Shown in pieces: positions 48,989 through 58,638 of a stretch of DNA of 64,000 bases. The DNA comes from a plasmid. The stretch is from NCBI RefSeq assembly GCF_054482595.1, contig NZ_JBTHVH010000004.1; one strand, written 5' to 3'. A program made the position numbers and the translations under genes. How positions within the stretch are numbered: position 1 is the stretch's first letter; each line of letters begins with the position of its first letter. The notes under the pieces were generated by a model. The model was not told the DNA's origin. It ran no database searches and worked only from the letters and a program-made list of their open reading frames with translations.

Positions 48989-49808
48989 GGCACTGTTGCA
49001 AATAGTCGGTGGTGATAAACTTATCATCCCCTTTTGCTGATGGAGCTGCACATGAACCCATTCAAAGGCCGGCATTTTCAGCGTGACATCATTCTGTGGG
49101 CCGTACGCTGGTACTGCAAATACGGCATCAGTTACCGTGAGCTGCAGGAGATGCTGGCTGAACGCGGAGTGAATGTCGATCACTCCACGATTTACCGCTG
49201 GGTTCAGCGTTATGCGCCTGAAATGGAAAAACGGCTGCGCTGGTACTGGCGTAACCCTTCCGATCTTTGCCCGTGGCACATGGATGAAACCTACGTGAAG
49301 GTCAATGGCCGCTGGGCGTATCTGTACCGGGCCGTCGACAGCCGGGGCCGCACTGTCGATTTTTATCTCTCCTCCCGTCGTAACAGCAAAGCTGCATACC
49401 GGTTTCTGGGTAAAATCCTCAACAACGTGAAGAAGTGGCAGATCCCGCGATTCATCAACACGGATAAAGCGCCCGCCTATGGTCGCGCGCTTGCTCTGCT
49501 CAAACGCGAAGGCCGGTGCCCGTCTGACGTTGAACACCGACAGATTAAGTACCGGAACAACGTGATTGAATGCGATCATGGCAAACTGAAACGGATAATC
49601 GGCGCCACGCTGGGATTTAAATCCATGAAGACGGCTTACGCCACCATCAAAGGTATTGAGGTGATGCGTGCACTACGCAAAGGCCAGGCCTCAGCATTTT
49701 ATTATGGTGATCCCCTGGGCGAAATGCGCCTGGTAAGCAGAGTTTTTGAAATGTAAGGCCTTTGAATAAGACAAAAGGCTGCCTCATCGCTAACTTTGCA
49801 ACAGTGCC
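48989..49808 (+). mobile_element. IS26 copy 5, flanked by an 8-bp target-site duplication CTTCTGGT
   Basis: Identical 8-mer at 48981..48988 and 49809..49816 directly abutting the inverted repeats; the only IS26 copy with a duplication. Confidence 0.95.
49052..49756 (+). CDS. tnpA: IS26 transposase
   Basis: Identical to the other copies. Confidence 0.95.
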   Translation: MNPFKGRHFQRDIILWAVRWYCKYGISYRELQEMLAERGVNVDHSTIYRWVQRYAPEMEKRLRWYWRNPSDLCPWHMDETYVKVNGRWAYLYRAVDSRGRTVDFYLSSRRNSKAAYRFLGKILNNVKKWQIPRFINTDKAPAYGRALALLKREGRCPSDVEHRQIKYRNNVIECDHGKLKRIIGATLGFKSMKTAYATIKGIEVMRALRKGQASAFYYGDPLGEMRLVSRVFEM

Positions 49809-49919
49809 CTTCTGGTTTCATGTTGAACAAAGAAGACCCTTTAGCTTCTGTAATCCATTTAATCAGTCTGAATGAAATAGATTATAAATTCTGCTCTGCA
49901 TACCTGCTTAACCAAAGTC

Positions 49920-50314
49920 TCATGATTCTGATTGTCGGTACAGTGCCTGAATGTGGCATATCTGGGAGGTGCTGTACCCTGTTGCATCTGCCGTTTCTTT
50001 CTTGACCTGCCGGTAGTAAAGTACCTTTTGATGCCGTTCCTGAGCGACCTGTTTTCCCTGATATTTACCCAGCGTATGTGCGAGTTCAACTCCCTGCTTT
50101 TGGCGCTGGCGGTCAATTTGCTCGACCAGCAAAATATCATTGCGGTGACTGTCCATCAGTAAGCGACCCAGTTCCGGTCGGTCAAGTTTTGTACCGCTGA
50201 TATTCTCCCGGTAGTAACTGGCTATTTTATGCCCCCGCTCCTAAACAAACTGCTCCAGCATCTCTTTTGCCCGATCGGTGAACTGATCTTCCGTCTATGC
50301 CCTTAAATAAGTGC
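49920..50314 (-). pseudogene. Serine recombinase (resolvase/invertase-like) pseudogene
   Basis: Conceptual translation 'MFISTYLRA*TEDQ...LEQFV*ERGHKIASYYRENISGTKLDRPELGRLL...TGYSTSQICHIQALYR': two in-frame TAG codons, the first at the expected catalytic-Ser position (Y.R.S.T.DQ), and a shortened central region. Confidence 0.55.
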
Positions 50315-50491
50315 TGATGAACATTTTTTCACCGCATTACCGCATTTAGGTTATTGCATTTAATCTATCGCATATAGGCTATGTCGTTCATTGTGTGCCG
50401 TCACGTTTAGATTATGGTGTCAGGGTATACCCTTATGCGATAACCATTTTTGTTAAAAATAACGCATCGAATAATTTATGAGGAAAACTAT

Positions 50492-53479
50492 ATGGCAAGG
50501 AGGCAGATTCTTTCTCTGTCGGAAAGAGAATCATTACTGGCATTACCGGACGATGAGTTAACGCTGACCCGAATGGCCTATTTCAGTGAGCATGATCTGG
50601 CGCTTATCAGTGCTCACCGTAAACCCGCCAGCCGTTTTGGTTTTGCCGTCCTTCTTTGCTATCTGAAAAATGTCGGCTTTGCCCCGGATAAAAAAATCTC
50701 TCCCTCTGATGCGCTGCTGAAGCATATCGCCAGCAGGCTAAAGCTTACCGGGGATCTCTGGCCTGCTTACCTTTCCGGCCGGGATACGACCCTGCGTGAG
50801 CATTTAACCGAACTGTACCGCTATCTTGGCGTAAAGGCGTTCACCGGCAAAATACAGCAGGACTGTATTACGCACCTGTTATCGATGGCGACGCGCACCG
50901 ATAAAGGCATTCTCCTAGCCGAAGAGTTACTTGTCTATCTCCGGCAGAACAACGTGATAATCCCCGCGATTGATGTCGTGGAGCGTACCTGTGCTGAAGT
51001 CATGGCAGGCGGCGATAAAATCGTATTTCAGACCCTGAATGCCCCGTTAACTCCGGCTCACAGGGATGCCCTGGATCATTTACTTGAGTCATCAGATAAT
51101 CAGCCTTCCAGGCTGACATGGCTTCTGCAACCGCCGGGTAAAATCAATGGTAAGAACGTGCTGCAACATCTTGATCGGCTCAGCAGCATTGAATCGCTGG
51201 CATTACCTGAAGGTATAGATCGTACCATTCACCAGAACCGGTTGCTGAAACTGGCGCGGGAAGGCCGAAAGATGAGTAGCCGGGATTTGACCCGATTTTC
51301 AGCTGCCCGGCGTCATGCGATCCTGGTGTGCGTGCTGGAAGAAGCCAGAGCCACACTGACAGACGAAGTGATTGAGCTGCATGAGCGAATGCTGAATAGT
51401 CTTTTCAGCAAAGCCAAACGAACACAGGCTGAGCGCCTTCAGCAGACCGGAAAGCTGATCCAGTCAAAACTGAGGCAGTACATCGATGTCGGTCAGGCGC
51501 TGTCTGATGCCCGTGATTCCGGTGGCGATCCCTGGCTCGCAATAGAAAACATACTCCCATGGGCTGAATTTGTCGCCAGTCTGGATGAAACACGCCATCT
51601 CGCCAGAAAAAATAATTTTGACCCGCTGCATATTATTACCGAGAAATACAGCACATTACGGAAATATGCCCCACGCATGTTGTCCGCTTTACAGTTAGTC
51701 GCAACCCCGGCAGCGCAACCTCTGGCTGATGCACTGGTTGTGATCAAGGATATGTACCGGAAGCAGTCACGTAAAGTTCCGGCGGCAGCGCCGCTTGAGT
51801 TTGTCCCTGAAAGCTGGCGCAAGGTGGTGATTACACCTGTGGGTATTGACCGGCAGTACTATGAGTTTTGTGCACTCAGCGAGCTTAAGGGGGCGTTGCG
51901 CTCCGGGGATATCTGGGTTAAAGGCTCGCGCCGCTACAAAAATTTTGATGATTACCTCATACCCGAGAAGGACTTTGACAAACTCACACCGGCACTGCCA
52001 CTGCCCGTATCTGCTGATTATCATGAGTACATTACCAGCCGTATGACCCTGCTTCAGTCCAGACTTGAAGAGGTCAATGCCATGGCTGCCCTTGGTGAAC
52101 TGCCCGATGTGGAAATATCCGACAGGGGCGTAAAAGTCTCTCCGCTGGATAACTGCGTTCCGGCGCAGGTTTCACCGCTGGCAGAGCTGGTTTACAGCAT
52201 GCTACCGCGACCTAAAATCACGGAAATTCTCGATGAGGTAAACAGCTGGACGACGTTTACCCGACATTTTTCGCATATAAAAAATGACATTACCCGTCCC
52301 GATACCCGCTTGCTCCTCACCACCATTCTTGCGGATGGCATCAATCTTGGCCTGACCAAAATGGCAGAAGCCTGCCCCGGGAGCACCAAATCATCACTCG
52401 AAGATATTCAGGCATGGTACATCCGTGACGAAACCTATTCAGCCGCTCTTGCAGAGCTGGTAAATGCGCAGGGGAAAAGACCGTTGGCGGCATTTTGGGG
52501 AGACGGAACAACGTCATCATCAGATGGACAAAATTTCAGAACCGGCAGCTCAGGCCGCTACGCAGGGCAGGTTAACCCGAAATATGGGCAAGAGCCTGGA
52601 CGTCAGTTTTATACCCATATTTCGGATCAATACAGCCCGTTTTACACCTGCATAATCAGTCGGGTCAGGGATTCAACCCATGTTCTCGATGGCTTGCTGT
52701 ACCACGAAAGCGACCTGGAAATCAGGGAACATTACACCGATACCGCTGGTTTCACCGATCATGTCTTTGCCCTGATGCATCTGTTGGGATTTGCGTTCTG
52801 TCCGCGAATCAGGGATCTCCACGACAAAAAACTGTTTATCAAAGGGAAAGCAGAGAAATACCCGGCGCTTCAGTCACTGATATCAACGACCAGCCTGAAT
52901 CTGAAAGAGATCGAAATCCACTGGCGTGAAGTGCTGCGTCTGGCAACCTCGATAAAGCAGGGAACCGTGACGGCATCCCTGATGCTGAAAAAGCTTGCCA
53001 GCTATCCCAAGCAAAACGGACTTGCCAAAGCACTGAGAGAAATTGGCCGCATTGAGCGAACCCTGTTTATGCTCGACTGGTTCCGCGACCCGGCTCTGCG
53101 TCGGCGGGTACAGGCGGGGCTGAATAAAGGCGAAGCCCGTAACGCGCTGGCGCGTGCGGTATTTATGCACCGACTGGGAGAAATCAGGGACAGAAAACCG
53201 GAAAATCAGAGCTATCGCGCCAGTGGACTGACGCTGCTGACGGCTGCCATATCCCTGTGGAATACCGTCTATATGGAAAGAGCGGTCGATGCCCTGAAGC
53301 GTAAAGGGGTGAAGATCAACGAGCAACTGCTGTCGCATTTGTCGCCGTTGGGCTGGGAACACATCAATCTGACAGGTGATTATATCTGGAAAAGCAACCG
53401 GATACCGGCTTCTGGTAAGTTTCGTCGGCTAAGACCAGCTAAAGTCGAAAGGTCAAAAAACAGCCTTAACGTACAATAA
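50492..53479 (+). CDS. tnpA: Tn3-family transposase TnpA (995 aa)
   Basis: Full-length; conserved C-terminal '...HYTDTAGFTDHVFALMHLLGF...LSPLGWEHINLTGDYIW'; ATG at 50492 with AGGAAAAC RBS. Confidence 0.85.
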   Translation: MARRQILSLSERESLLALPDDELTLTRMAYFSEHDLALISAHRKPASRFGFAVLLCYLKNVGFAPDKKISPSDALLKHIASRLKLTGDLWPAYLSGRDTTLREHLTELYRYLGVKAFTGKIQQDCITHLLSMATRTDKGILLAEELLVYLRQNNVIIPAIDVVERTCAEVMAGGDKIVFQTLNAPLTPAHRDALDHLLESSDNQPSRLTWLLQPPGKINGKNVLQHLDRLSSIESLALPEGIDRTIHQNRLLKLAREGRKMSSRDLTRFSAARRHAILVCVLEEARATLTDEVIELHERMLNSLFSKAKRTQAERLQQTGKLIQSKLRQYIDVGQALSDARDSGGDPWLAIENILPWAEFVASLDETRHLARKNNFDPLHIITEKYSTLRKYAPRMLSALQLVATPAAQPLADALVVIKDMYRKQSRKVPAAAPLEFVPESWRKVVITPVGIDRQYYEFCALSELKGALRSGDIWVKGSRRYKNFDDYLIPEKDFDKLTPALPLPVSADYHEYITSRMTLLQSRLEEVNAMAALGELPDVEISDRGVKVSPLDNCVPAQVSPLAELVYSMLPRPKITEILDEVNSWTTFTRHFSHIKNDITRPDTRLLLTTILADGINLGLTKMAEACPGSTKSSLEDIQAWYIRDETYSAALAELVNAQGKRPLAAFWGDGTTSSSDGQNFRTGSSGRYAGQVNPKYGQEPGRQFYTHISDQYSPFYTCIISRVRDSTHVLDGLLYHESDLEIREHYTDTAGFTDHVFALMHLLGFAFCPRIRDLHDKKLFIKGKAEKYPALQSLISTTSLNLKEIEIHWREVLRLATSIKQGTVTASLMLKKLASYPKQNGLAKALREIGRIERTLFMLDWFRDPALRRRVQAGLNKGEARNALARAVFMHRLGEIRDRKPENQSYRASGLTLLTAAISLWNTVYMERAVDALKRKGVKINEQLLSHLSPLGWEHINLTGDYIWKSNRIPASGKFRRLRPAKVERSKNSLNVQ

Positions 53480-53502
53480 TTTTCGATATCCAAACTGACC
53501 CC
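53465..53502. repeat. Tn3-family 38-bp terminal inverted repeat overlapping the tnpA stop
   Basis: 'CTTAACGTACAATAATTTTCGATATCCAAACTGACCCC' shares the CTTAACGT..GACCCC ends of the Tn3 IR; no partner left IR found in the window. Confidence 0.55.
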
Positions 53503-53832
53503 GAATACAAGGACAATGCCGGTACCGCCTGATTACTTCTGGCGTCGTCTACAATGTTACTCCAGGCATATGCTGCGTCGTCCGGGGTTTGTTTTGGATC
53601 TATGTCCAATGTCGGCCAGACGTGGCCCTGATGATTCTTGCCCTTTGTACAGGAAGTGATTAAGTGTACTGAGCGTTCAGAGAACATTATCTTCCTTACA
53701 TACCCATAGAACAGCTTTCTAAGAACGGTGGGCTCGGCTGAAAATTACAAATCAGCCCCTTTCACGGCATCATTTTGATTCTTCGCGTCTGCCCCAGTAA
53801 GATGACCGGTTTTCTGCATGACAGTGTTATTC

Positions 53833-54126
53833 CTAACAAACGCAACACAAAACCACGCCAGCCAGAGCAAATTTTTTCATTTGCTGCGTAAAGAGCCTAT
53901 TGTTTTCTCTTTTAAGCTTCGCCCACTCGTTACAGAGGGTAACATCATCAAGCGCTGTTATATGCTTCGCCTCACCTTCGACGATAACGGTATGGATACC
54001 GTATGCTGTAAATCTCATACTATTTTCCAGAACCCAGTTGCGGTATTCGTCGAGTCCACCTTCGGAACCGGTAGCTCTGCGCCACATTTCAATTTGCTTG
54101 TGTGATGGGTCAAGTGTACTTGTCAT
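53833..54126 (-). CDS. Hypothetical protein (97 aa)
   Basis: ORF only. Confidence 0.3.
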   Translation of the reverse strand: MTSTLDPSHKQIEMWRRATGSEGGLDEYRNWVLENSMRFTAYGIHTVIVEGEAKHITALDDVTLCNEWAKLKRENNRLFTQQMKKFALAGVVLCCVC

Positions 54127-54394
54127 TGAAGCCTCGTCTCAGCGATAACGCTTGAAATAGCCCGCTTTGGTCATCATGAAATTAGCCATCTGACTGGCGA
54201 TTTGATTGTATCTTACTCATAGTGCCCTACCTATAGGTTAAAAAGGGGCATTTTCGCTTTATAGCGTGTTCAGCAGCATCAATCCTCCCAAGAAAGGCTG
54301 GCTTATTAAGCCGGTCCATCATTTTCTGTATATCTCTCATCAATTTTTATATCCGCCCTGGAGTGCACCGTTCAAGCACACCGATTAGGCAGAT

Positions 54395-54680
54395 AGTCAC
54401 TAGTTAACTCTTTACTAGTGACTAAATTCCATTGATATACGTGACAACGTCACGTCATGAAAGCTTTTAAATGCCTATTTTTCATACAATGGGATTTAAT
54501 TAGGAGTAAATCCCATAGGCTTACATAAGGATGACAATTAAAAGCGTTAAATATCAACCAGATAGAATGATTACCCCCAATTAATGGGCTCATCACATTA
54601 TTTCACTGGCTGGGGTTATTGCTGGCATATCTGAAAGTGCTAATATGTTAGTCATTAGTAATTAGTAAAGCCTTTACTAA
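54395..54680. promoter_or_regulatory. Palindrome-rich intergenic region (candidate operator / partition-type sites)
   Basis: Palindromes 'AGTCACTAGT..ACTAGTGACT' (about 54395..54424), 'ACGTGACAACGTCACGT' (about 54439..54455), 'TTAGTAAAGCCTTTACTAA' (about 54662..54680), plus repeated 'TAGTG(C/T)CCTACCT' at about 54217 and 54709. Confidence 0.45.
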
Positions 54681-54768
54681 ACGCGTTTCTACGTAAATTC
54701 TATAGGTTTTATAGTGTCCTACCTTTGCTCAAATCAAAATGTTCTGACATACCAAAATGGAGTGTAAA

Positions 54769-55587
54769 ATGACTCAAAACCAGGGTTCTGAGCCAGTACC
54801 GGCGAGCCGGACAGGGCAGCTCATCAGCGCCCGGGATATGGCCATGCAGAAATTCGAAGAAGGGATGCGGTTAATCTCGGAAGCGTCGGAACTGTGCGGT
54901 CTCTCTCTCTTCACCAGCAGAATTATGCAGCCCAACGCATTTGGTCTTCCGTCGTCACTGGATCGCACCATCGAGGAGGGGCGTAAGGAAATTGACCGTA
55001 AAACGTGGAAAAGGCTCTTTGAAGAAACAGGTATGGACCGGTACTGGAACCATAAGCAAAAAGAAGCCTTTAACGAATCCCTTCGTACGGATCCGCCCGT
55101 CGCTTCCCTGGAGATTGTTAAGGGAACATTACAGCATGCACTGGCTAACAGACGAGACACCCTTGCAGAAGGTTTCGTTGATGTTCTCAACAAGCTTGAC
55201 CGAAGTTTCAAAAGCAATGCCAGGCAATATACAATGCCAAAAAAGCTTGTTCTTCGGGGGATTTTTCCTGGTGTGAACGTGCTGAGGTACAACGGTTTCT
55301 CGCAGGACAATCACTTTTGTTTACGCGACTTTGAGAATATTGTATGCATCTGTTCTGATACTCCAACACCTGCAACCGGCGGTGGGCTGAGTATGGTCGA
55401 CAGGCTGACGGCCATGAGAAATACAGAATTCACAGGCGAGGTCAGTGATGAGAATGGCTGGCGGTGTCGCCTGTTTGAGAATGGAAACGTTCATATTTGC
55501 ATCGACAGTATCTCGCTTCTGAATGCTCTGAACGATCTTATCAGCATATATTTTGCAAACCAGCTTCCGGCCGCAGGAAAAAAATGA
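54769..55587 (+). CDS. Hypothetical protein (about 272 aa)
   Basis: ATG at 54769 with GGAGTG RBS; its stop overlaps the next start (ATGA), indicating translational coupling. Confidence 0.5.
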   Translation: MTQNQGSEPVPASRTGQLISARDMAMQKFEEGMRLISEASELCGLSLFTSRIMQPNAFGLPSSLDRTIEEGRKEIDRKTWKRLFEETGMDRYWNHKQKEAFNESLRTDPPVASLEIVKGTLQHALANRRDTLAEGFVDVLNKLDRSFKSNARQYTMPKKLVLRGIFPGVNVLRYNGFSQDNHFCLRDFENIVCICSDTPTPATGGGLSMVDRLTAMRNTEFTGEVSDENGWRCRLFENGNVHICIDSISLLNALNDLISIYFANQLPAAGKK

Positions 55588-56789
55588 TGATTGAAAATGA
55601 TAAAGAAAAAAGCCTGAACGATGCTACCCCGCCAGAGGTGCAGAATGACATCCGCAGCGAATCCACTGAAAAATCAAAGGAAATGGGTCGTTCAAGGTAC
55701 TCATCTATCGCGATGATCGATTACTTCAATGCAATCGAACGTCTGTGCAAAGAGAAAGAAATTAACCCGGAAAATATCGATCTGAGCTTCAAAGTTCACT
55801 GGCTCAGAAACGCTGTTGGCGGCTCGTTTGCAAGGTCACAGGAGATGTTCGCGGAGTACCAGAAGTATGTTAAAGAGGTTCCTGAAGAGGCCCGTTACCT
55901 GGATATACCCGATGAGGTAAAGGTTGCACTCGGCGATATTATCTCGTACATCACCTGGCACTACCGTAGAAGCTATACCGCAATACAGAATGATAGTGTT
56001 AAAAAAGCTGAAGCACGTAGCATGCAGCTGGAGGAGGAGGTAACGCAGCTGTTACAGCGGCTTGAGCAAAGCGCTACCGATATGGATGAGCTGAAACTTG
56101 AGAATCAGGCACTACAGGGTCGATTAGAGATCCGGGACAGTACCGTCAAGGAGTTAGAAACAAGGCTGAATGTTGCCGAAGCAGAACTCGAAACCTGCCA
56201 TCACCAGTTAGATAGCACACGGCATGAATTGAGCCTCGCACAGCAGTCAAATGACTCACTCTCCCAGCAACTGGCTGAACGTAAAACAGAGATCGCTGGT
56301 CACCTTGAATATCAAAAAAAGCTGAACGAAGAGATCAACACGCAGCGTTCTGATAACGCCGGTCTTTCCAGACAATGCGACCAGTTAAGTCAGACTGTGT
56401 CAGATACAAAGGCAGAGAGGGACAGGTTTGAACAGGAATTGATTGCTGCACAGAACCTTTGTACTGAGCTGAAAAGTGCACTGTCCGGGAAAGAGGGTGA
56501 CCTGGTGGCGGTGAATGCCGAGCTTACTGAACTCCATAAACTAAACGAGTCGCTGAGCGCCGACCTGAATAAAGTAACTTTGGTCAGCCAGGGCTATGAA
56601 GCGGAAGTGGCTGAACAAAGCAATGAACTCAAAACGCTCCAGGCCAAAGTAATGAAGCTGGAAGCTACCCTGGAGGCGGAGAAAACAATCTCAGAATCCC
56701 TAAAAGGCACCATTGATACATTAACTGGTGCAATGGCAGGGGGAGGTACTGGAAAGTCAAAACAGCCGCGTAGCAGAAAAACATCATGA
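55584..56789 (+). CDS. KfrA-like DNA-binding protein with long coiled-coil C-terminal region
   Basis: N-terminal 'HWLRNAVGGSFARSQEMFAEYQ' resembles the KfrA N-domain GGGSF motif; the C-terminal about 250 aa is heptad-like and Glu/Leu/Gln-rich. Confidence 0.5.
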   Translation: MMIENDKEKSLNDATPPEVQNDIRSESTEKSKEMGRSRYSSIAMIDYFNAIERLCKEKEINPENIDLSFKVHWLRNAVGGSFARSQEMFAEYQKYVKEVPEEARYLDIPDEVKVALGDIISYITWHYRRSYTAIQNDSVKKAEARSMQLEEEVTQLLQRLEQSATDMDELKLENQALQGRLEIRDSTVKELETRLNVAEAELETCHHQLDSTRHELSLAQQSNDSLSQQLAERKTEIAGHLEYQKKLNEEINTQRSDNAGLSRQCDQLSQTVSDTKAERDRFEQELIAAQNLCTELKSALSGKEGDLVAVNAELTELHKLNESLSADLNKVTLVSQGYEAEVAEQSNELKTLQAKVMKLEATLEAEKTISESLKGTIDTLTGAMAGGGTGKSKQPRSRKTS

Positions 56790-56852
56790 TAAATGAAGCC
56801 AGGTTGATACACTTCTCTGCATCCCCTGGCACATAAGAACTTCTGCGGACAT

Positions 56853-57056
56853 TCAGCCCGTCCGCAGGAGTTTTCGTCCTTCAGTCAACAAATGCACTAC
56901 CTTTTTTGAGTCTCCACTTTCCAGAGCAGAAAACACGTTACCGATTCTACCAACAGCTTGTATCTGAGTGATAACCCCAGTCTTGTAATCATCTAGGATC
57001 CCTGACAGGAAAGCGTTCAGTTTTGTCTGTTCGCTTAGCGAAAGCATGTAGGACAT
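56853..57056 (-). CDS. Hypothetical small protein (67 aa)
   Basis: ORF at the 3' end of the minus-strand methyltransferase operon. Confidence 0.3.
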   Translation of the reverse strand: MSYMLSLSEQTKLNAFLSGILDDYKTGVITQIQAVGRIGNVFSALESGDSKKVVHLLTEGRKLLRTG

Positions 57057-57068
57057 TTTTTCTCCATT

Positions 57069-58388
57069 TTAAGCAGGTGTGTCAGTTGAAAGAGGTTTGC
57101 GTGATTCTGGAAAATGAGGCAGCACCATAGTTTCAGATGCTGTGGTCGCATCCCAGTGCCACCATCCATAAGGCCCATATTCACGGTTGTAATAATCTTT
57201 TTTGAGTTGCTTTCGGGCCAGATAAGCAGGAGTGGCCATACCAAATACTTCCATCGGGAACGGCTTATCGCTTTTTGTGTCGAGCAGGTAGAAGTCAGGG
57301 AACACCTCACTAATACTCGCATCATAACGCATGGGCTTAACGTACTGCCGGTGCTCTGCATCCAGCTTTTCTGCAACAACCGCCTCATAGGAGGAGTCCA
57401 GAGGTATCCAGTTCTCGCTAACGTGCATCAGCACAATTTGATGAGCTCTTACAGAAGGGCCTCTGCCGGTTACCGCAGCTGGTGACGTCAACGCAAAGAC
57501 AACTATTTTCGCCCCGGATTTCCATGCTGCGTACTCCGATGAAAATCGTTTCTTTACGCTATCCCAATGGACTTCTGAATTGAAAAAAATCAGCGGTAGC
57601 CCCCCAAAATTCCGCAGGGGTAAAAATTTAAGTGGCTTCTCATGCTTTTCAGCATCGTAGCGAGGTAAAACTGACAGGAGCATGAGACGTTTATCACTCA
57701 TCGCCTGTGATGAAAGACGCTGAATTTGCGACTGAGCGACAGGTTGTTTCGGGTCAGGTACACCAATGAATAAATGGTCACCTATGCAGGCTCTGCCGGT
57801 ACGAATTTGTTTAGCGGTTTCAAGCAGACGATACCGTACCAGTGAATCGTTACGTTTCCCTGCCATTTTCGGGTACCAGACATTCAGACCAGACTCTGTC
57901 CACAAAAGACTAAGCAAGCCCAGGAGGGTCATTGAGGCCTGACCTCCTTCTGGTCGCTGAACATGGGGCAGGGGAGGCACTTCTGATTTTTCAGGAGGAT
58001 CTTTCTCTGTCATACCGATACCGAGCCTTACAGCCATATCACCTTCGGTTGTAATCCGGACCACACCACTCGCATATCCTTTCAGGCCGGTATGCCGGGC
58101 ATCAAGGGAGAAGAATACACAGGAAGGATCATGCTCAATGCCCGTGTTAGCGGCTTTGACGAGAATAAAGGCATCACCGTTCGGTAAAGCACGAACATAA
58201 AGTCGCTTTTCTCCTTTTCCACGACATCCGCAGGTGATGACTGATTTTTGACCTGAGGTGTGGTGTGCCTTTTTAAGAGCCGACTGCCACCCTTTAGCAA
58301 ACTCATCCTGCGTTTGAAAGTCAGGTGAATACCTTTTGACGTTTGGATCGTCGTCGTAAGCAATCATCACTGCGAATTTTTGGCTCAT
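57069..58388 (-). CDS. Hypothetical protein (439 aa; possibly DUF1173-like)
   Basis: Long ORF co-oriented with and downstream of the C5-methyltransferase; contains 'CGCRG' and 'PDFYLLDTK' segments; family uncertain. Confidence 0.5.
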   Translation of the reverse strand: MSQKFAVMIAYDDDPNVKRYSPDFQTQDEFAKGWQSALKKAHHTSGQKSVITCGCRGKGEKRLYVRALPNGDAFILVKAANTGIEHDPSCVFFSLDARHTGLKGYASGVVRITTEGDMAVRLGIGMTEKDPPEKSEVPPLPHVQRPEGGQASMTLLGLLSLLWTESGLNVWYPKMAGKRNDSLVRYRLLETAKQIRTGRACIGDHLFIGVPDPKQPVAQSQIQRLSSQAMSDKRLMLLSVLPRYDAEKHEKPLKFLPLRNFGGLPLIFFNSEVHWDSVKKRFSSEYAAWKSGAKIVVFALTSPAAVTGRGPSVRAHQIVLMHVSENWIPLDSSYEAVVAEKLDAEHRQYVKPMRYDASISEVFPDFYLLDTKSDKPFPMEVFGMATPAYLARKQLKKDYYNREYGPYGWWHWDATTASETMVLPHFPESRKPLSTDTPA

Positions 58389-58410
58389 AGTAGTCTCCTA
58401 AACAGGAAGT

Positions 58411-58578
58411 TTAATATCCCAACCAGAGCAACACTTCCTGAGCGTCATACTGTTCCTTTACGCCCATGTCGCTAAAGAATTCTTCGAAATCTGTTTCGGG
58501 AACGCAATGCCTGGACAGTTCTTGTAATGCTCGTTCTTTAGATACCGTCTCACCTTCAGCTGATTCGAAATACGTCAT
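58411..58578 (-). CDS. Hypothetical small acidic protein (55 aa)
   Basis: Not in the ORF track (<60 aa); 'MTYFESAEGETVSKERALQELSRHCVPETDFEEFFSDMGVKEQYDAQEVLLWLGY'; sits between the methyltransferase and the 439-aa gene. Confidence 0.25.
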   Translation of the reverse strand: MTYFESAEGETVSKERALQELSRHCVPETDFEEFFSDMGVKEQYDAQEVLLWLGY

Positions 58579-58638
58579 GGTTGACCTCTGACATTATTAC
58601 AACAATCTTAAGCATTTAAATTGATGAAGGAGCTCAGG

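Noticed and set aside
49809-49919. Left terminal repeat of the Tn3-family element expected beyond the resolvase remnant
   Set aside because: No GGGG-initiated 38-bp repeat is present there; the 8-bp duplication around IS26 copy 5 shows the flanking DNA is continuous, so the left end lies elsewhere or was lost.
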